In this document: piece by piece, positions 8,244 to 16,142 of the stretch
Layout: each line of letters begins with the position of its first letter
Numbering within the stretch: position 1 is the stretch's first letter
Virus record (IMG/VR): IMGVR_UViG_3300028832_000141
Coordinates: 46,492-66,491 of that record
From: an uncultured virus (IMG/VR IMGVR_UViG_3300028832_000141)
Taxonomy: Duplodnaviria; Heunggongvirae; Uroviricota; Caudoviricetes
Length of the DNA stretch: 20,000 nucleotides
Strand: one strand, 5' to 3'
Notes under the pieces: model-generated
Seen by the model: the letters and a program-made list of their open reading frames with translations, nothing else
What the model was told of the DNA's origin: nothing
Databases searched by the model: none
Position numbers and translations under genes: made by a program

Positions 8244-8477
8244 ATGGCTAAAAAATTCGATCCCAACAAACTTGGTGAATTCACTATGGACATTATTGAA
8301 CTGTTTGAAGACTTTCTTGAGGAGAAAGGCATTGTCATTGACAACGATGAAAAGCTTGAGGATGAGGATGCAAGCAACATCTATGGCACTGACTACGGAT
8401 ACCTACAATCCGGCATTGAAGAGATTCTGACTTGGTACGGAATTGTAGACCTTAATGAAATCAGAAAGGAGAATTAA
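8244..8477 (+). CDS. Acidic early hypothetical protein
   Basis: GAGAGGAGAGTTAACT-ATG start; D/E-rich. Confidence 0.78.
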   Translation: MAKKFDPNKLGEFTMDIIELFEDFLEEKGIVIDNDEKLEDEDASNIYGTDYGYLQSGIEEILTWYGIVDLNEIRKEN

Positions 8478-8479
8478 CT

Positions 8480-8677
8480 ATGCGGTATTTGACAAAGGAA
8501 ATCACGAAAGATGTATACGACAGAGCAATGGCAAACCATAGGATGATAACGGAAGAAGACAGACTTGCCGTGTTCAGCCGATGCGAGATATTTGGGTATG
8601 GCATTTATTCGACCAAGGTACATACGGATGGGAACACATACTACTGTGATTACAGCAGAGGAGAGACTTGCGAGTAA
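8480..8677 (+). CDS. Early hypothetical protein
   Basis: GAAAGGAGAATTAACT-ATG start. Confidence 0.75.
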   Translation: MRYLTKEITKDVYDRAMANHRMITEEDRLAVFSRCEIFGYGIYSTKVHTDGNTYYCDYSRGETCE

Positions 8678-8695
8678 CGAAAGGAGCTAATAACG

Positions 8696-8932
8696 ATGAT
8701 GAACTTTTTACCGAGCAGATTAGAAGAAGAAGTCCGGCTTGCTTGCCATTGGGTAGAGCATCAGTGTGGGTGCTGCCCTTATGACCACATCAGTTTTGTG
8801 GCAGAAAAGGAATATGAATATGCTGTGGCTGACCAACAGTTTTATAGGACAGCCAAACAGCAGAACAACTTTGTTGAAGAAGTGATATGGAAAGAAGCCC
8901 AACGCTTTGTCGATATGGTAAGGGGGGCTTAA
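8696..8932 (+). CDS. Early hypothetical protein with a Cys/His cluster
   Basis: AACGAAAGGAGC RBS; contains CHWVEHQCGCCPYDH. Confidence 0.72.
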   Translation: MMNFLPSRLEEEVRLACHWVEHQCGCCPYDHISFVAEKEYEYAVADQQFYRTAKQQNNFVEEVIWKEAQRFVDMVRGA

Positions 8933-8933
8933 T

Positions 8934-8996
8934 ATGACTAGGGATGAATGGGTTGCAATTCTGATCTTGTTACTGATGTGCGTTAGGTTTGATTGA
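8934..8996 (+). CDS. 20-aa hydrophobic micropeptide (not in ORF track)
   Basis: MTRDEWVAILILLLMCVRFD*, RBS AAGGGGGG; fills the intergenic gap, with its stop overlapping the next RBS. Confidence 0.5.
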   Translation: MTRDEWVAILILLLMCVRFD

Positions 8997-9010
8997 AAGG
9001 AGAACTAACT

Positions 9011-9247
9011 ATGCCAAAGACCATATATATATGCACTTGCAAAGATGCCTACGAAGAGGAGAAGATTGCGTTTGAAAAGAAAGAAGATGCCGAAAGGTTT
9101 TTAGTCGATTGCTTTGATTACGCTTATGAAGAAGAAGAACTTGACAAGGATGCTTATGACTTTGCGAAAAAAGATTGCCTTGACAATTGGCATATGGAAA
9201 CAGAGAACTACTACGCACACATCGAAACTGTGGAACTGTTTGATTAA
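9011..9247 (+). CDS. Acidic early hypothetical protein
   Basis: GAAAGGAGAACTAACT-ATG start; D/E-rich. Confidence 0.78.
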   Translation: MPKTIYICTCKDAYEEEKIAFEKKEDAERFLVDCFDYAYEEEELDKDAYDFAKKDCLDNWHMETENYYAHIETVELFD

Positions 9248-9263
9248 GGAGAGGAGATCAGAG

Positions 9264-9470
9264 ATGTATAGACAGTATGAAGACCCCTACTATTTAGAAA
9301 AAAGGCTTGCCGAAACGCAAGCGGAGTATGACAAAGTCAAAGCACAAAACCCAGAGGATGACCACTTGATTGATTTATATCAAGACATTGCGGAACTGAA
9401 AGAGCGTATCAACTTTGCATGGCAAGATGATGAATACGAAGAAAATTGCAGATTGTGGGATACCTATTAA
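9264..9470 (+). CDS. Early hypothetical coiled-coil protein
   Basis: RBS GAGGAG; MYRQYEDPYYLEKRL...ELKERINFAWQDDE. Confidence 0.75.
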   Translation: MYRQYEDPYYLEKRLAETQAEYDKVKAQNPEDDHLIDLYQDIAELKERINFAWQDDEYEENCRLWDTY

Positions 9471-9488
9471 GGAAAGGAGATATGCCCT

Positions 9489-9713
9489 ATGCATTATGAC
9501 CCTAGGTTTGAAGACATCTATATTGCACAGCGTGAAGCAGAAGAACGACACGAAAGAGAAGCGGAGATTCACCAAGCTATCCACGACAGACTCTTGCGGT
9601 TAAATGAGGAAGAGCTGCGGACCGTGTTACAGTTTGTACGGATGGTTTACAGAAACTGTGAGAACAGAAAGATGTACACAGAAGCCGGATATCCACAATG
9701 GAACTTGGAATAG
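9489..9713 (+). CDS. Early hypothetical protein
   Basis: RBS GAAAGGAG. Confidence 0.72.
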   Translation: MHYDPRFEDIYIAQREAEERHEREAEIHQAIHDRLLRLNEEELRTVLQFVRMVYRNCENRKMYTEAGYPQWNLE

Positions 9714-9726
9714 GGGGTGCGATCTT

Positions 9727-9981
9727 ATGAAAAAGAATAAGGCATGGTATGTTAAGGAATGGAATGAAAGAGAGGAAACGATACACACAGAGTTCCCTAC
9801 CTATGAGAGTGCTAAAAAGTACTTTGACAACATGATTATCCTGACCATCAAGGAACTGCGAAACGATGGGCTGAAGCCAAATGAGATAAACGAATACCTA
9901 GACAGCATCCGTGTTACGGATAACCTAGTTGCGGACTTTTATGGGGGGATGTATTTGGGGTACGGAATTTATCATGGATGA
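9727..9981 (+). CDS. Early hypothetical protein
   Basis: RBS GGGGGTG before ATG 9727. Confidence 0.7.
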   Translation: MKKNKAWYVKEWNEREETIHTEFPTYESAKKYFDNMIILTIKELRNDGLKPNEINEYLDSIRVTDNLVADFYGGMYLGYGIYHG

Positions 9982-10027
9982 TGAGGAGAGCCAGGGTCCC
10001 TACCCCACCCCGGGCTGAAAAAAACAC

Positions 10028-10056
10028 TTGACAACTATTTACGCTGATGTTATAAT
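10028..10056 (+). promoter_or_regulatory. Early promoter P2, perfect consensus
   Basis: TTGACA (10028-10033), 17 nt, TGn-TATAAT (10051-10056), with an upstream A-tract. Confidence 0.88.
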
Positions 10057-10117
10057 AAGATTGTCAAGAGATGGCAAACAGATTAAGTTGGAATAAAAAA
10101 CGGAAGGAGCAAAGAGC

Positions 10118-10399
10118 ATGAACATTTCGGTAGAAGTAAATTGGTTGGAAGATGTGCAGAACCATGTTGAATGGGATAAGGATGCCAAGCGTATCCTTGA
10201 CAAGATTTGCAGAGCCGATCTTGAAGAGGAAGCAATGAACGCACTTGAAGACAGATTCTATGGAGAGTCGCCGGAAGAGGGAGAACTTGCAGAGTACATT
10301 GCGGATGAGGATGGGCTGCTTCAGGACATGTGCATACACGAAGAGGATTTGGACGACATGATTGCGGAAAAGGAAGGTGAAGATGATGAAGACTTTTAA
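10118..10399 (+). CDS. Very acidic early protein (DNA-mimic candidate)
   Basis: 34 D/E versus 7 K/R in 93 aa (hand count); RBS GGAAGGAGC. Confidence 0.8.
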   Translation: MNISVEVNWLEDVQNHVEWDKDAKRILDKICRADLEEEAMNALEDRFYGESPEEGELAEYIADEDGLLQDMCIHEEDLDDMIAEKEGEDDEDF

Positions 10400-10628
10400 C
10401 GAATGGGTTTACTTTATGGATGTGAAGTACCACGATGATAAGACAACCGTGCTGTTCAAGGAAGTATGGATGGTACACAAAGCCCTGGCCTATATCAGCA
10501 AAGCTACGGCTGATGAATGGAAATCCTATGTTGGAGTAAATGCTGTCAACATTACCTACCACTACGATGAGGACGACAACATGGTGATTACGGATGCGTT
10601 ACTGTTGAATGGAAAGAAAGGAGAATGA
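10383..10628 (+). CDS. Early hypothetical protein
   Basis: RBS GAAGGTGA before ATG 10383. Confidence 0.7.
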   Translation: MMKTFNEWVYFMDVKYHDDKTTVLFKEVWMVHKALAYISKATADEWKSYVGVNAVNITYHYDEDDNMVITDALLLNGKKGE

Positions 10629-10631
10629 ACT

Positions 10632-11051
10632 ATGCCAAATTGGAGCGAAGGAACATTACGAGTTAAAGGAAAGCCGGAAGATTTAAAACGCTTTATCCAA
10701 GGTGTGTTTGATGATGTGGAAATAGACCAAGATGAGGTTTTGATTCCCAAATGGAGTCACATGCACGACACGGTCAGAGGGTTTTGCACTGATGGTGACA
10801 GCATCTTTTTGGACGAAGACACCAAGGTTATCAGCTTTCAGTATGCACAAGCTTGGTACGTTGTTGCAGAGGAACTTGCCAAACTGTGTAAGCGGTATCA
10901 TGTGGACATGCGGATTTACGCATTTGAAAGAGGAATGTGCTTTAACCAGGACATTGAAATCATTAACGGCAAGATCACAAGGGATGAAAAAATAAAATTT
11001 AACAGTACGGATTACGATTGGGAATGCATTTGCCCAAATATAGGGGGATGA
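10632..11051 (+). CDS. YubB/DUF1281-like ferredoxin-like fold protein
   Basis: N-terminal MPNWSEGTLRVKG and C-terminal QAW...YAFERGM resemble the MPNWC...F.TAW...Y.E.G pattern of this family. Confidence 0.6.
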   Translation: MPNWSEGTLRVKGKPEDLKRFIQGVFDDVEIDQDEVLIPKWSHMHDTVRGFCTDGDSIFLDEDTKVISFQYAQAWYVVAEELAKLCKRYHVDMRIYAFERGMCFNQDIEIINGKITRDEKIKFNSTDYDWECICPNIGG

Positions 11052-11055
11052 TAAC

Positions 11056-11409
11056 ATGGCAAAGAATCTGAACAACATTGTAAAACGTGGTACAGCGGGA
11101 TGCGAATACACGGGTGGTGGAATTTGGGTAGCATACCTGCCCATTATAGCAAACGGAGAAAAATTAGAGCTGTGGTATGACAGCGATTCTTATAAGTATG
11201 ATGAAAACAACGCAGAGTTTACAGTGTACAAGCGTGACTACGATGGTGAATACGAACAGATGACAGAGTATGGAGATGATGGAGTCTTTGCAGATATCCC
11301 CAAAGGCTCTCCCCTCTACCCCTTGTATGAGGAACTGCGAAAGGCAATGCAGAAAGCATTAGAAGAAGACAAACCATTTGACAGCGTTTTGTTTAGTGCA
11401 ATGTTTTAA
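11056..11409 (+). CDS. Early hypothetical protein
   Basis: ORF track; RBS GGGGGA. Confidence 0.72.
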   Translation: MAKNLNNIVKRGTAGCEYTGGGIWVAYLPIIANGEKLELWYDSDSYKYDENNAEFTVYKRDYDGEYEQMTEYGDDGVFADIPKGSPLYPLYEELRKAMQKALEEDKPFDSVLFSAMF

Positions 11410-11434
11410 GTAAGGTTAACGAAAGGAGCAAGCA

Positions 11435-11737
11435 ATGAAAAAAGTAATTAACGGAAGAATGTATGATACTGAAACAGCAAGGTTGTTGGGAAGAGTTACG
11501 CATGGTGAACCCCGGAGCTGGAATTTCAGCGAGGAATGTTTGTACAGAAAGAAAAACGGAGAATACTTTTTCCAATTTGATGGAGAGGTGTTTTCTGACA
11601 GCCTTGCACACATCTACCCTCATAACTTTGGTGGGGAAAGGATTGTGCCTACCACAGAGCGGTACGCAATGCTGTGGGCAGAAGAGAACTTTGATGGTGA
11701 TGAGTATGTAGAACAGTTTGGTGAGGTGGAAGAATGA
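11435..11737 (+). CDS. Conserved phage/ICE hypothetical protein
   Basis: MKKVINGRMYDTETA...ECLYRKKNGEYF...GGERIVP is a recurrent phage family pattern; function not assigned. Confidence 0.78.
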   Translation: MKKVINGRMYDTETARLLGRVTHGEPRSWNFSEECLYRKKNGEYFFQFDGEVFSDSLAHIYPHNFGGERIVPTTERYAMLWAEENFDGDEYVEQFGEVEE

Positions 11738-11982
11738 AGCTTAAAGATTTGCTTGAATGCATCGGTCCCTATCAGGACTTACAACTGATAGACGCTCAAT
11801 CCGGGGAATGTTTTACAACAGTAACATACTTAAATGGTGGTAGTCAAAACGGAGAAATCGAAACGCACCACGATGATATTGTACACGGATTGTCTGCCGG
11901 AATTTGCAAAACAAAAGAAAATGGCACTCCGTTAAATGAAGAAATCTCTTATTTAGTTATTACATTAGATCAATGTTGGTAA
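11734..11982 (+). CDS. Early hypothetical protein
   Basis: ATGA overlap with the previous gene; RBS GAGGTGG. Confidence 0.72.
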   Translation: MKLKDLLECIGPYQDLQLIDAQSGECFTTVTYLNGGSQNGEIETHHDDIVHGLSAGICKTKENGTPLNEEISYLVITLDQCW

Positions 11983-12002
11983 GAACGAAAGGAGCGAACG
12001 AT

Positions 12003-12254
12003 ATGGTGAAAGTAAAGTTACAAGATGCATACATGGTGGTGTGCGAATGGTATGACAATTCCCATGAGTACTATGTGTTTGACAAGATTGAGGATGCCAA
12101 GGACTGCTTCCGCAGCCTGATGAAAAAAGGTTTGAAGAGAAGCAAAACAGATGAGAACGGATACACGATTGAAGAGTGTATAGCACAGAACCACGGTTCC
12201 CTGGATGGTAGGTACATCCACATTACGGAATGCAAGGTGTTGAAAGAAGAATAG
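12003..12254 (+). CDS. Early hypothetical protein
   Basis: AACGAAAGGAGC RBS before ATG 12003. Confidence 0.75.
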   Translation: MVKVKLQDAYMVVCEWYDNSHEYYVFDKIEDAKDCFRSLMKKGLKRSKTDENGYTIEECIAQNHGSLDGRYIHITECKVLKEE

Positions 12255-12269
12255 AAAGGAGCGACAGCT

Positions 12270-12695
12270 ATGCACAGCTATGATTATGCCGAAGTAAGTG
12301 AAAATGTTGATGAGAACATTATTGGTGGAGTCGAAGATATGTTCTACGATTTTGATTCTGAAATAGCCCTTGCCATTTGGAACAAATATGTAGAAACAGA
12401 ATTAACAAGCTTCCAAAAAGATGGCTGCGATGACAAGGTGTATTACAATGACCCATCCTTTTTCATCGACATTGAGATGAAAAGGAACGGACTTGAAGCA
12501 GATGAAATTTTAGAAAGAGTTCGGTTAAGCGGAGCGAGTTACAACCCCAAACATCGTTACATAAGACATATTGCTCACATCCAGCCGAAGCCCTATGAGT
12601 TCTCTTATATGACAAGCGACAGAGCAACCAACTTGATGGATGCAGACCCGGACTTTGCGAACTATCTTATCGACTTATATAAACAAGAGGAATAG
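12270..12695 (+). CDS. Acidic early hypothetical protein
   Basis: GAAAGGAGC RBS. Confidence 0.75.
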   Translation: MHSYDYAEVSENVDENIIGGVEDMFYDFDSEIALAIWNKYVETELTSFQKDGCDDKVYYNDPSFFIDIEMKRNGLEADEILERVRLSGASYNPKHRYIRHIAHIQPKPYEFSYMTSDRATNLMDADPDFANYLIDLYKQEE

Positions 12696-12708
12696 AAAGG
12701 AGCAGAAC

Positions 12709-12987
12709 ATGAGCAATTGGAAAGAGCGTGGATGGAGAGAAGACCCTGAACCCTATTGGGATGGAATTGTCACAAGCGAAAAAGTCCTACGCCAGGAAGG
12801 AATGTTTCGGATAGTACGCAGAGGACAGAAGCGAGTCAGCGAAAGAACCGGAAAACCATATGGTAAAGTTTTGATGTGCTACGATGTGGATTACATGTCT
12901 GAAGGTGGATTGTATGCCGGAGAGTGGCAACTTGAATCATCACACCCAAGCTACGAATCGGCAAAAGAATACATGTGCTGGAAATGA
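12709..12987 (+). CDS. Early hypothetical protein
   Basis: GAAAGGAGC RBS before ATG 12709. Confidence 0.75.
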   Translation: MSNWKERGWREDPEPYWDGIVTSEKVLRQEGMFRIVRRGQKRVSERTGKPYGKVLMCYDVDYMSEGGLYAGEWQLESSHPSYESAKEYMCWK

Positions 12988-13003
12988 AAGGAGCGAGAGC
13001 AAT

Positions 13004-13543
13004 ATGTCAACGAGGAGCATGATTTTTGTAAAAATTAACAAAGAAGACCAAGGCAAGACGGTAGCACCAAATAAGGAAATGATTTACGCAAAGGGATTAG
13101 GCTTTGGAGATGTGGACAGCAGTAATGCTATCCCGGAAGAAGAGATTGATAAAGTTCCGGCGGTCAAGCTGGACGACAAGTACATCGGCATCTACCACCA
13201 TTGGGATGGGTATCCTGAAGGCGTGGGAGATACCCTGACCAGGAGATTCAATACATACGAAGATGCTTTGAATCTGCTGTTATACGGAGATGAAAGCTCT
13301 ATCAACAGTAGCGTTTGCATAATCCCCTACATCTTAAGGGGCTGCGGATACAAGAAGAAAGAAGACACACCACCCAATCTGTACAACAAAATACTTTCTA
13401 ACCTGGGTGAAACCAATTGGGCAGAGTATGTGTATCTGTTCAAGGATGGGGAGTGGTACTTTGATACCGCTTCGTATAGCAAAACAAAACGATACAGATG
13501 GAAAAAGGTAAAAGCGTATTTGGAAAGCAGAAGGGGGGAATGA
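13004..13543 (+). CDS. Conserved phage hypothetical protein (MSTRS...IY.HWDGYP...EYVYLF family)
   Basis: GAAAGGAGC RBS; motifs IYHHWDGYPEGVG and AEYVYLFKDGEWY. Confidence 0.8.
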   Translation: MSTRSMIFVKINKEDQGKTVAPNKEMIYAKGLGFGDVDSSNAIPEEEIDKVPAVKLDDKYIGIYHHWDGYPEGVGDTLTRRFNTYEDALNLLLYGDESSINSSVCIIPYILRGCGYKKKEDTPPNLYNKILSNLGETNWAEYVYLFKDGEWYFDTASYSKTKRYRWKKVKAYLESRRGE

Positions 13544-13546
13544 TTT

Positions 13547-13771
13547 ATGAGAATGAAATATGTTATCTTGCAGACAAGCAGATCGGGTTATGGTGCGGAT
13601 CAGGCAGAAGCGACCGAAACCGCACTCACAGTAAAGGAATTGATAAGCGTGTTGGAGAACTACGACCAGGACTTAAAGGTGTACTTTGACAACGATAACG
13701 GATACACCTACGGAAGCGTAACGGAAGATTGCATCGACACGGAAGAGGTCGATGATTGGGAAGATGATTGA
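13547..13771 (+). CDS. Acidic early hypothetical protein
   Basis: Contains LTVKELISVLENYDQDLKVYFDNDNGYTYGS; RBS AGGGGGA. Confidence 0.75.
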   Translation: MRMKYVILQTSRSGYGADQAEATETALTVKELISVLENYDQDLKVYFDNDNGYTYGSVTEDCIDTEEVDDWEDD

Positions 13772-13796
13772 CAAGGCACAACAATCAAGTTATAAT
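13768..13796 (+). promoter_or_regulatory. Promoter P3, perfect consensus
   Basis: TTGACA (13768-13773), 17 nt, TATAAT (13791-13796). Confidence 0.85.
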
Positions 13797-13812
13797 GTAA
13801 AGGGGTGACAAT

Positions 13813-13932
13813 GTGACAGAGCGTGAGAAGGCTATTCAGAGAAGAAAAGAATGTGCGATAAGAAATCGTGAGAGCAACAGAGTGCCGGAAATGATATTGG
13901 TGCTGATGATAATAAGTTATTTTTTAGGATGA
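13813..13932 (+). CDS. 39-aa peptide with basic N-terminus and hydrophobic C-terminus (not in ORF track)
   Basis: GTG start after AAAGGGGTG; MTEREKAIQRRKECAIRNRESNRVPEMILVLMIISYFLG*. Confidence 0.5.
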   Translation: MTEREKAIQRRKECAIRNRESNRVPEMILVLMIISYFLG

Positions 13933-13949
13933 GGAAAGGGAAATAGGTT

Positions 13950-14204
13950 ATGACAGGGAAAAAGAAAGACCCCAACAAAGAGTACAATCAAAATTGGGGT
14001 GGGAAACGAGATGGAGCTGGGGGAAAGCCTGGTCAGAAAAATGTCGGACATAACGGTGGGAGAAAGCCCCCGGAAAAGCCAAAGCGACAACGCAATGTAT
14101 ATTGTACCGAAGAAGAATTTATTATGATGAAAGATTATCTATGGAATGTGTTGCGGAAAGGAGAATCGCAAGCCAATAGAAAGCACAGAATAAAAGAGGA
14201 ATAG
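13950..14204 (+). CDS. Small basic putative DNA-binding protein (WGGKRxGAG AT-hook-like motif)
   Basis: WGGKRDGAGGKPG...GGRKP followed by a short strand-helix segment (RNVYCTEEEFIMMKDYL). Confidence 0.7.
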   Translation: MTGKKKDPNKEYNQNWGGKRDGAGGKPGQKNVGHNGGRKPPEKPKRQRNVYCTEEEFIMMKDYLWNVLRKGESQANRKHRIKEE

Positions 14205-14208
14205 GAGA

Positions 14209-14261
14209 TAAAAAAGAATTGGGGAAGGATGGCTCACAGCCACTCTTCCCCATCTTTTTTT
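14209..14261. terminator. Bidirectional intrinsic terminator between convergent transcription units
   Basis: A-tract, then GGGGAAGGATGGCT-cac-AGCCACTCTTCCCC, then a T-tract. Confidence 0.85.
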
Positions 14262-14268
14262 GTTTGTA

Positions 14269-14778
14269 TCACTCTTCCTCAAACCTACTGTACGGAGCAA
14301 TCAGCCCGATCCCGGCTGCGTACAGTTCCGCAAACCTGATGACGTCGTGTACGACAACATAATACCAAGCCTGTGTTATGTTCAAGTCCTTACAAGTCTT
14401 GCTCCACAATTCTCCATACTCACCCTGAAGATATCTCTTCGTGTACAAGCCTACAATCTTATCGTTGTCCGAAGACATATAAAACCTACGGGTGCTTTCC
14501 TCTACTTTCAGCCATTTCTCTGGCAAACTTATGTACTTTGCATCTCTTCTTCCGTTTACCATCGGCCCAAACGGACAGTGAATAAAAGCCACAGGCTCTA
14601 TCCTTTGCAATGCTTGTGCTTCTGTAGGGTTTGATATTCTGTTCTTCTGATACCCACTGTTCTGTTCCCTTGTGCCAGACCAGGGGTCTTTGCGTTTCTC
14701 TTCAACACACTTGCGTATTTGGTCGGCATTACGCAGAACAAACTCAATCGTGGATTGCACTTCCTGCAACGGCATCAC
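14269..14778 (-). CDS. RinA/ArpU-like late transcriptional activator
   Basis: ISNPTEAQAL motif and a C-terminal sigma-region-4-like HTH (WSKTCKDLNITQAWYY); last gene of the replication module. Confidence 0.6.
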   Translation of the reverse strand: MMPLQEVQSTIEFVLRNADQIRKCVEEKRKDPWSGTREQNSGYQKNRISNPTEAQALQRIEPVAFIHCPFGPMVNGRRDAKYISLPEKWLKVEESTRRFYMSSDNDKIVGLYTKRYLQGEYGELWSKTCKDLNITQAWYYVVVHDVIRFAELYAAGIGLIAPYSRFEEE

Positions 14779-14783
14779 CCCAA

Positions 14784-15272
14784 TTAACAGCTAGTAAAAG
14801 TACGATGCTTCGACAATGTACAAACGTGCATCTCAATTCTAGGTTGGTCTGAATAAAACTTGTTGCACAATTCAGATACGATAATGGAATCATCTCGCCA
14901 CAAAACTCCGTTACACGCATCTTTAACCCCTTTAAGGTAGTTATCTGTATCCGGCTTTGTTGTCGGCCGTAGTGAGCCGGATAGGGCCATTTCCTGCCGT
15001 TTTTTTGAGAACGACTTGGGTATGGAACGATAAACATTTACCAACAAGACCAGGGCTTCATCAAACGGAACAAAGTCTGGGCGCTCTTTGTAAACTTCTT
15101 GGGCAATCGCACGGAGATACTGTTTGTAATCCCTGGATTTCTTTGGGTCATAGGCACGGACAAACTTGCCACGATTGGAAAACCTTGGTCTGCCCTGGGC
15201 TACCGGTTTCGAAAACACTGTCATCGTCACGCAGATGACTTTATTTTCTGTATTAGTTAATACCTTTACCAT
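14784..15272 (-). CDS. rusA: RusA-family Holliday junction resolvase
   Basis: KPVAQGRPRF and KPDTDNYLKGVKDACNGVLWRDDSIIV catalytic motif. Confidence 0.92.
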   Translation of the reverse strand: MVKVLTNTENKVICVTMTVFSKPVAQGRPRFSNRGKFVRAYDPKKSRDYKQYLRAIAQEVYKERPDFVPFDEALVLLVNVYRSIPKSFSKKRQEMALSGSLRPTTKPDTDNYLKGVKDACNGVLWRDDSIIVSELCNKFYSDQPRIEMHVCTLSKHRTFTSC

Positions 15273-15288
15273 ATATTATACCACACCC

Positions 15289-15681
15289 CTAAAAATCTAC
15301 TTCTTCTCCCAATGCATCAAAGCTTGAAGCAACATTTTTTGCGGCTGCTACAGCTTTGTCTTTTACCGATTCAGTGAACTCAAATCCCTCAACATAAAGC
15401 TTGTATGTGGTGCGGTTGTTTCCATCCTTGTCTGTCCATTTTTCCTGTCGCATCGGACCCCACACACATATTTTGCTGCCCTTGGCAAACGAGTTGCCAA
15501 TCATTTCGCCCCTTTTATCAAAGGCAACGCAATTAAAAAAATCAGAGTCATACTTGCCCTCTTTGTTTTTTGTTTCTCTTCTTACGGCAATAGGAAAGTT
15601 GACCACGGCTTTCTGCGTTGTGGAAGAATACTTGACATCCGGGTCCGCCGTCAACCTTCCAAAAAAACTACATCTGTTCAT
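15289..15681 (-). CDS. ssb: Single-stranded DNA-binding protein
   Basis: GRLTADPDVKY, SDFFNCVAF, KGSKICVWG and an acidic C-terminus ending EEVDF. Confidence 0.93.
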   Translation of the reverse strand: MNRCSFFGRLTADPDVKYSSTTQKAVVNFPIAVRRETKNKEGKYDSDFFNCVAFDKRGEMIGNSFAKGSKICVWGPMRQEKWTDKDGNNRTTYKLYVEGFEFTESVKDKAVAAAKNVASSFDALGEEVDF

Positions 15682-16142
15682 TCGTTTTCTCCTTTCTTGT
15701 TTGTGCTACCTACCCCACCGACTCTTACTTCTGATGGGTAATCACCCCAGGTGTGGTAGTTATAAACTATGCCTTGTGCAAATCGTTCCAACCGCTGGAT
15801 AACGGCTGTGTTTTCCGTAGACATATTCCGTACACCAATCAGTATCTCACCCTCGTTGTCTGGGTTGTTATAGTAATCCGCATCAATGATTCCCACTCCG
15901 TTGGTCATCGCAAGATCGCGTTTCATTGCCAAGCTGGAGCGGATGTAAATCTGCATAACTTCTTCAGGGTCTAACTCCACCTTGTACCCAGTAGCAATCA
16001 GTACTGTTCCGTTGGGTGGAATCACCACCTCTTCCGGGCAATAAAAGTCATAGCCAGCAGAGTACTTTGTCTTCCGTTCTGGGCAACGATACATACACAT
16101 TTTCCGTTTCAACGCAGCCTTTACAAGTTCAGGTTTTCTCAT
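15678..16142 (-). CDS. dut: Trimeric dUTPase (complete)
   Basis: Motifs I SAGYDF, II RSS, III GIIDADY, IV ERFAQ, V RVGGVGST. ATG 16142 follows GGAGAGGGG. Confidence 0.92.
   Translation of the reverse strand: MRKPELVKAALKRKMCMYRCPERKTKYSAGYDFYCPEEVVIPPNGTVLIATGYKVELDPEEVMQIYIRSSLAMKRDLAMTNGVGIIDADYYNNPDNEGEILIGVRNMSTENTAVIQRLERFAQGIVYNYHTWGDYPSEVRVGGVGSTNKKGENE

Noticed and set aside
9995..10014. G-quadruplex on the minus strand
   Set aside because: Only three G-tracts of 3 or more; the fourth is GG.
12835..12860. SERTG motif shared by the 12709 ORF and the 4089-4583 ORF
   Set aside because: Five-residue match with no further similarity; likely chance.
15275..15283. Extended -10 (TGGTATAAT) on the minus strand before rusA
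   Set aside because: No -35, and it sits between the RBS and ATG of a closely spaced gene; cannot be supported as a promoter without transcript data.
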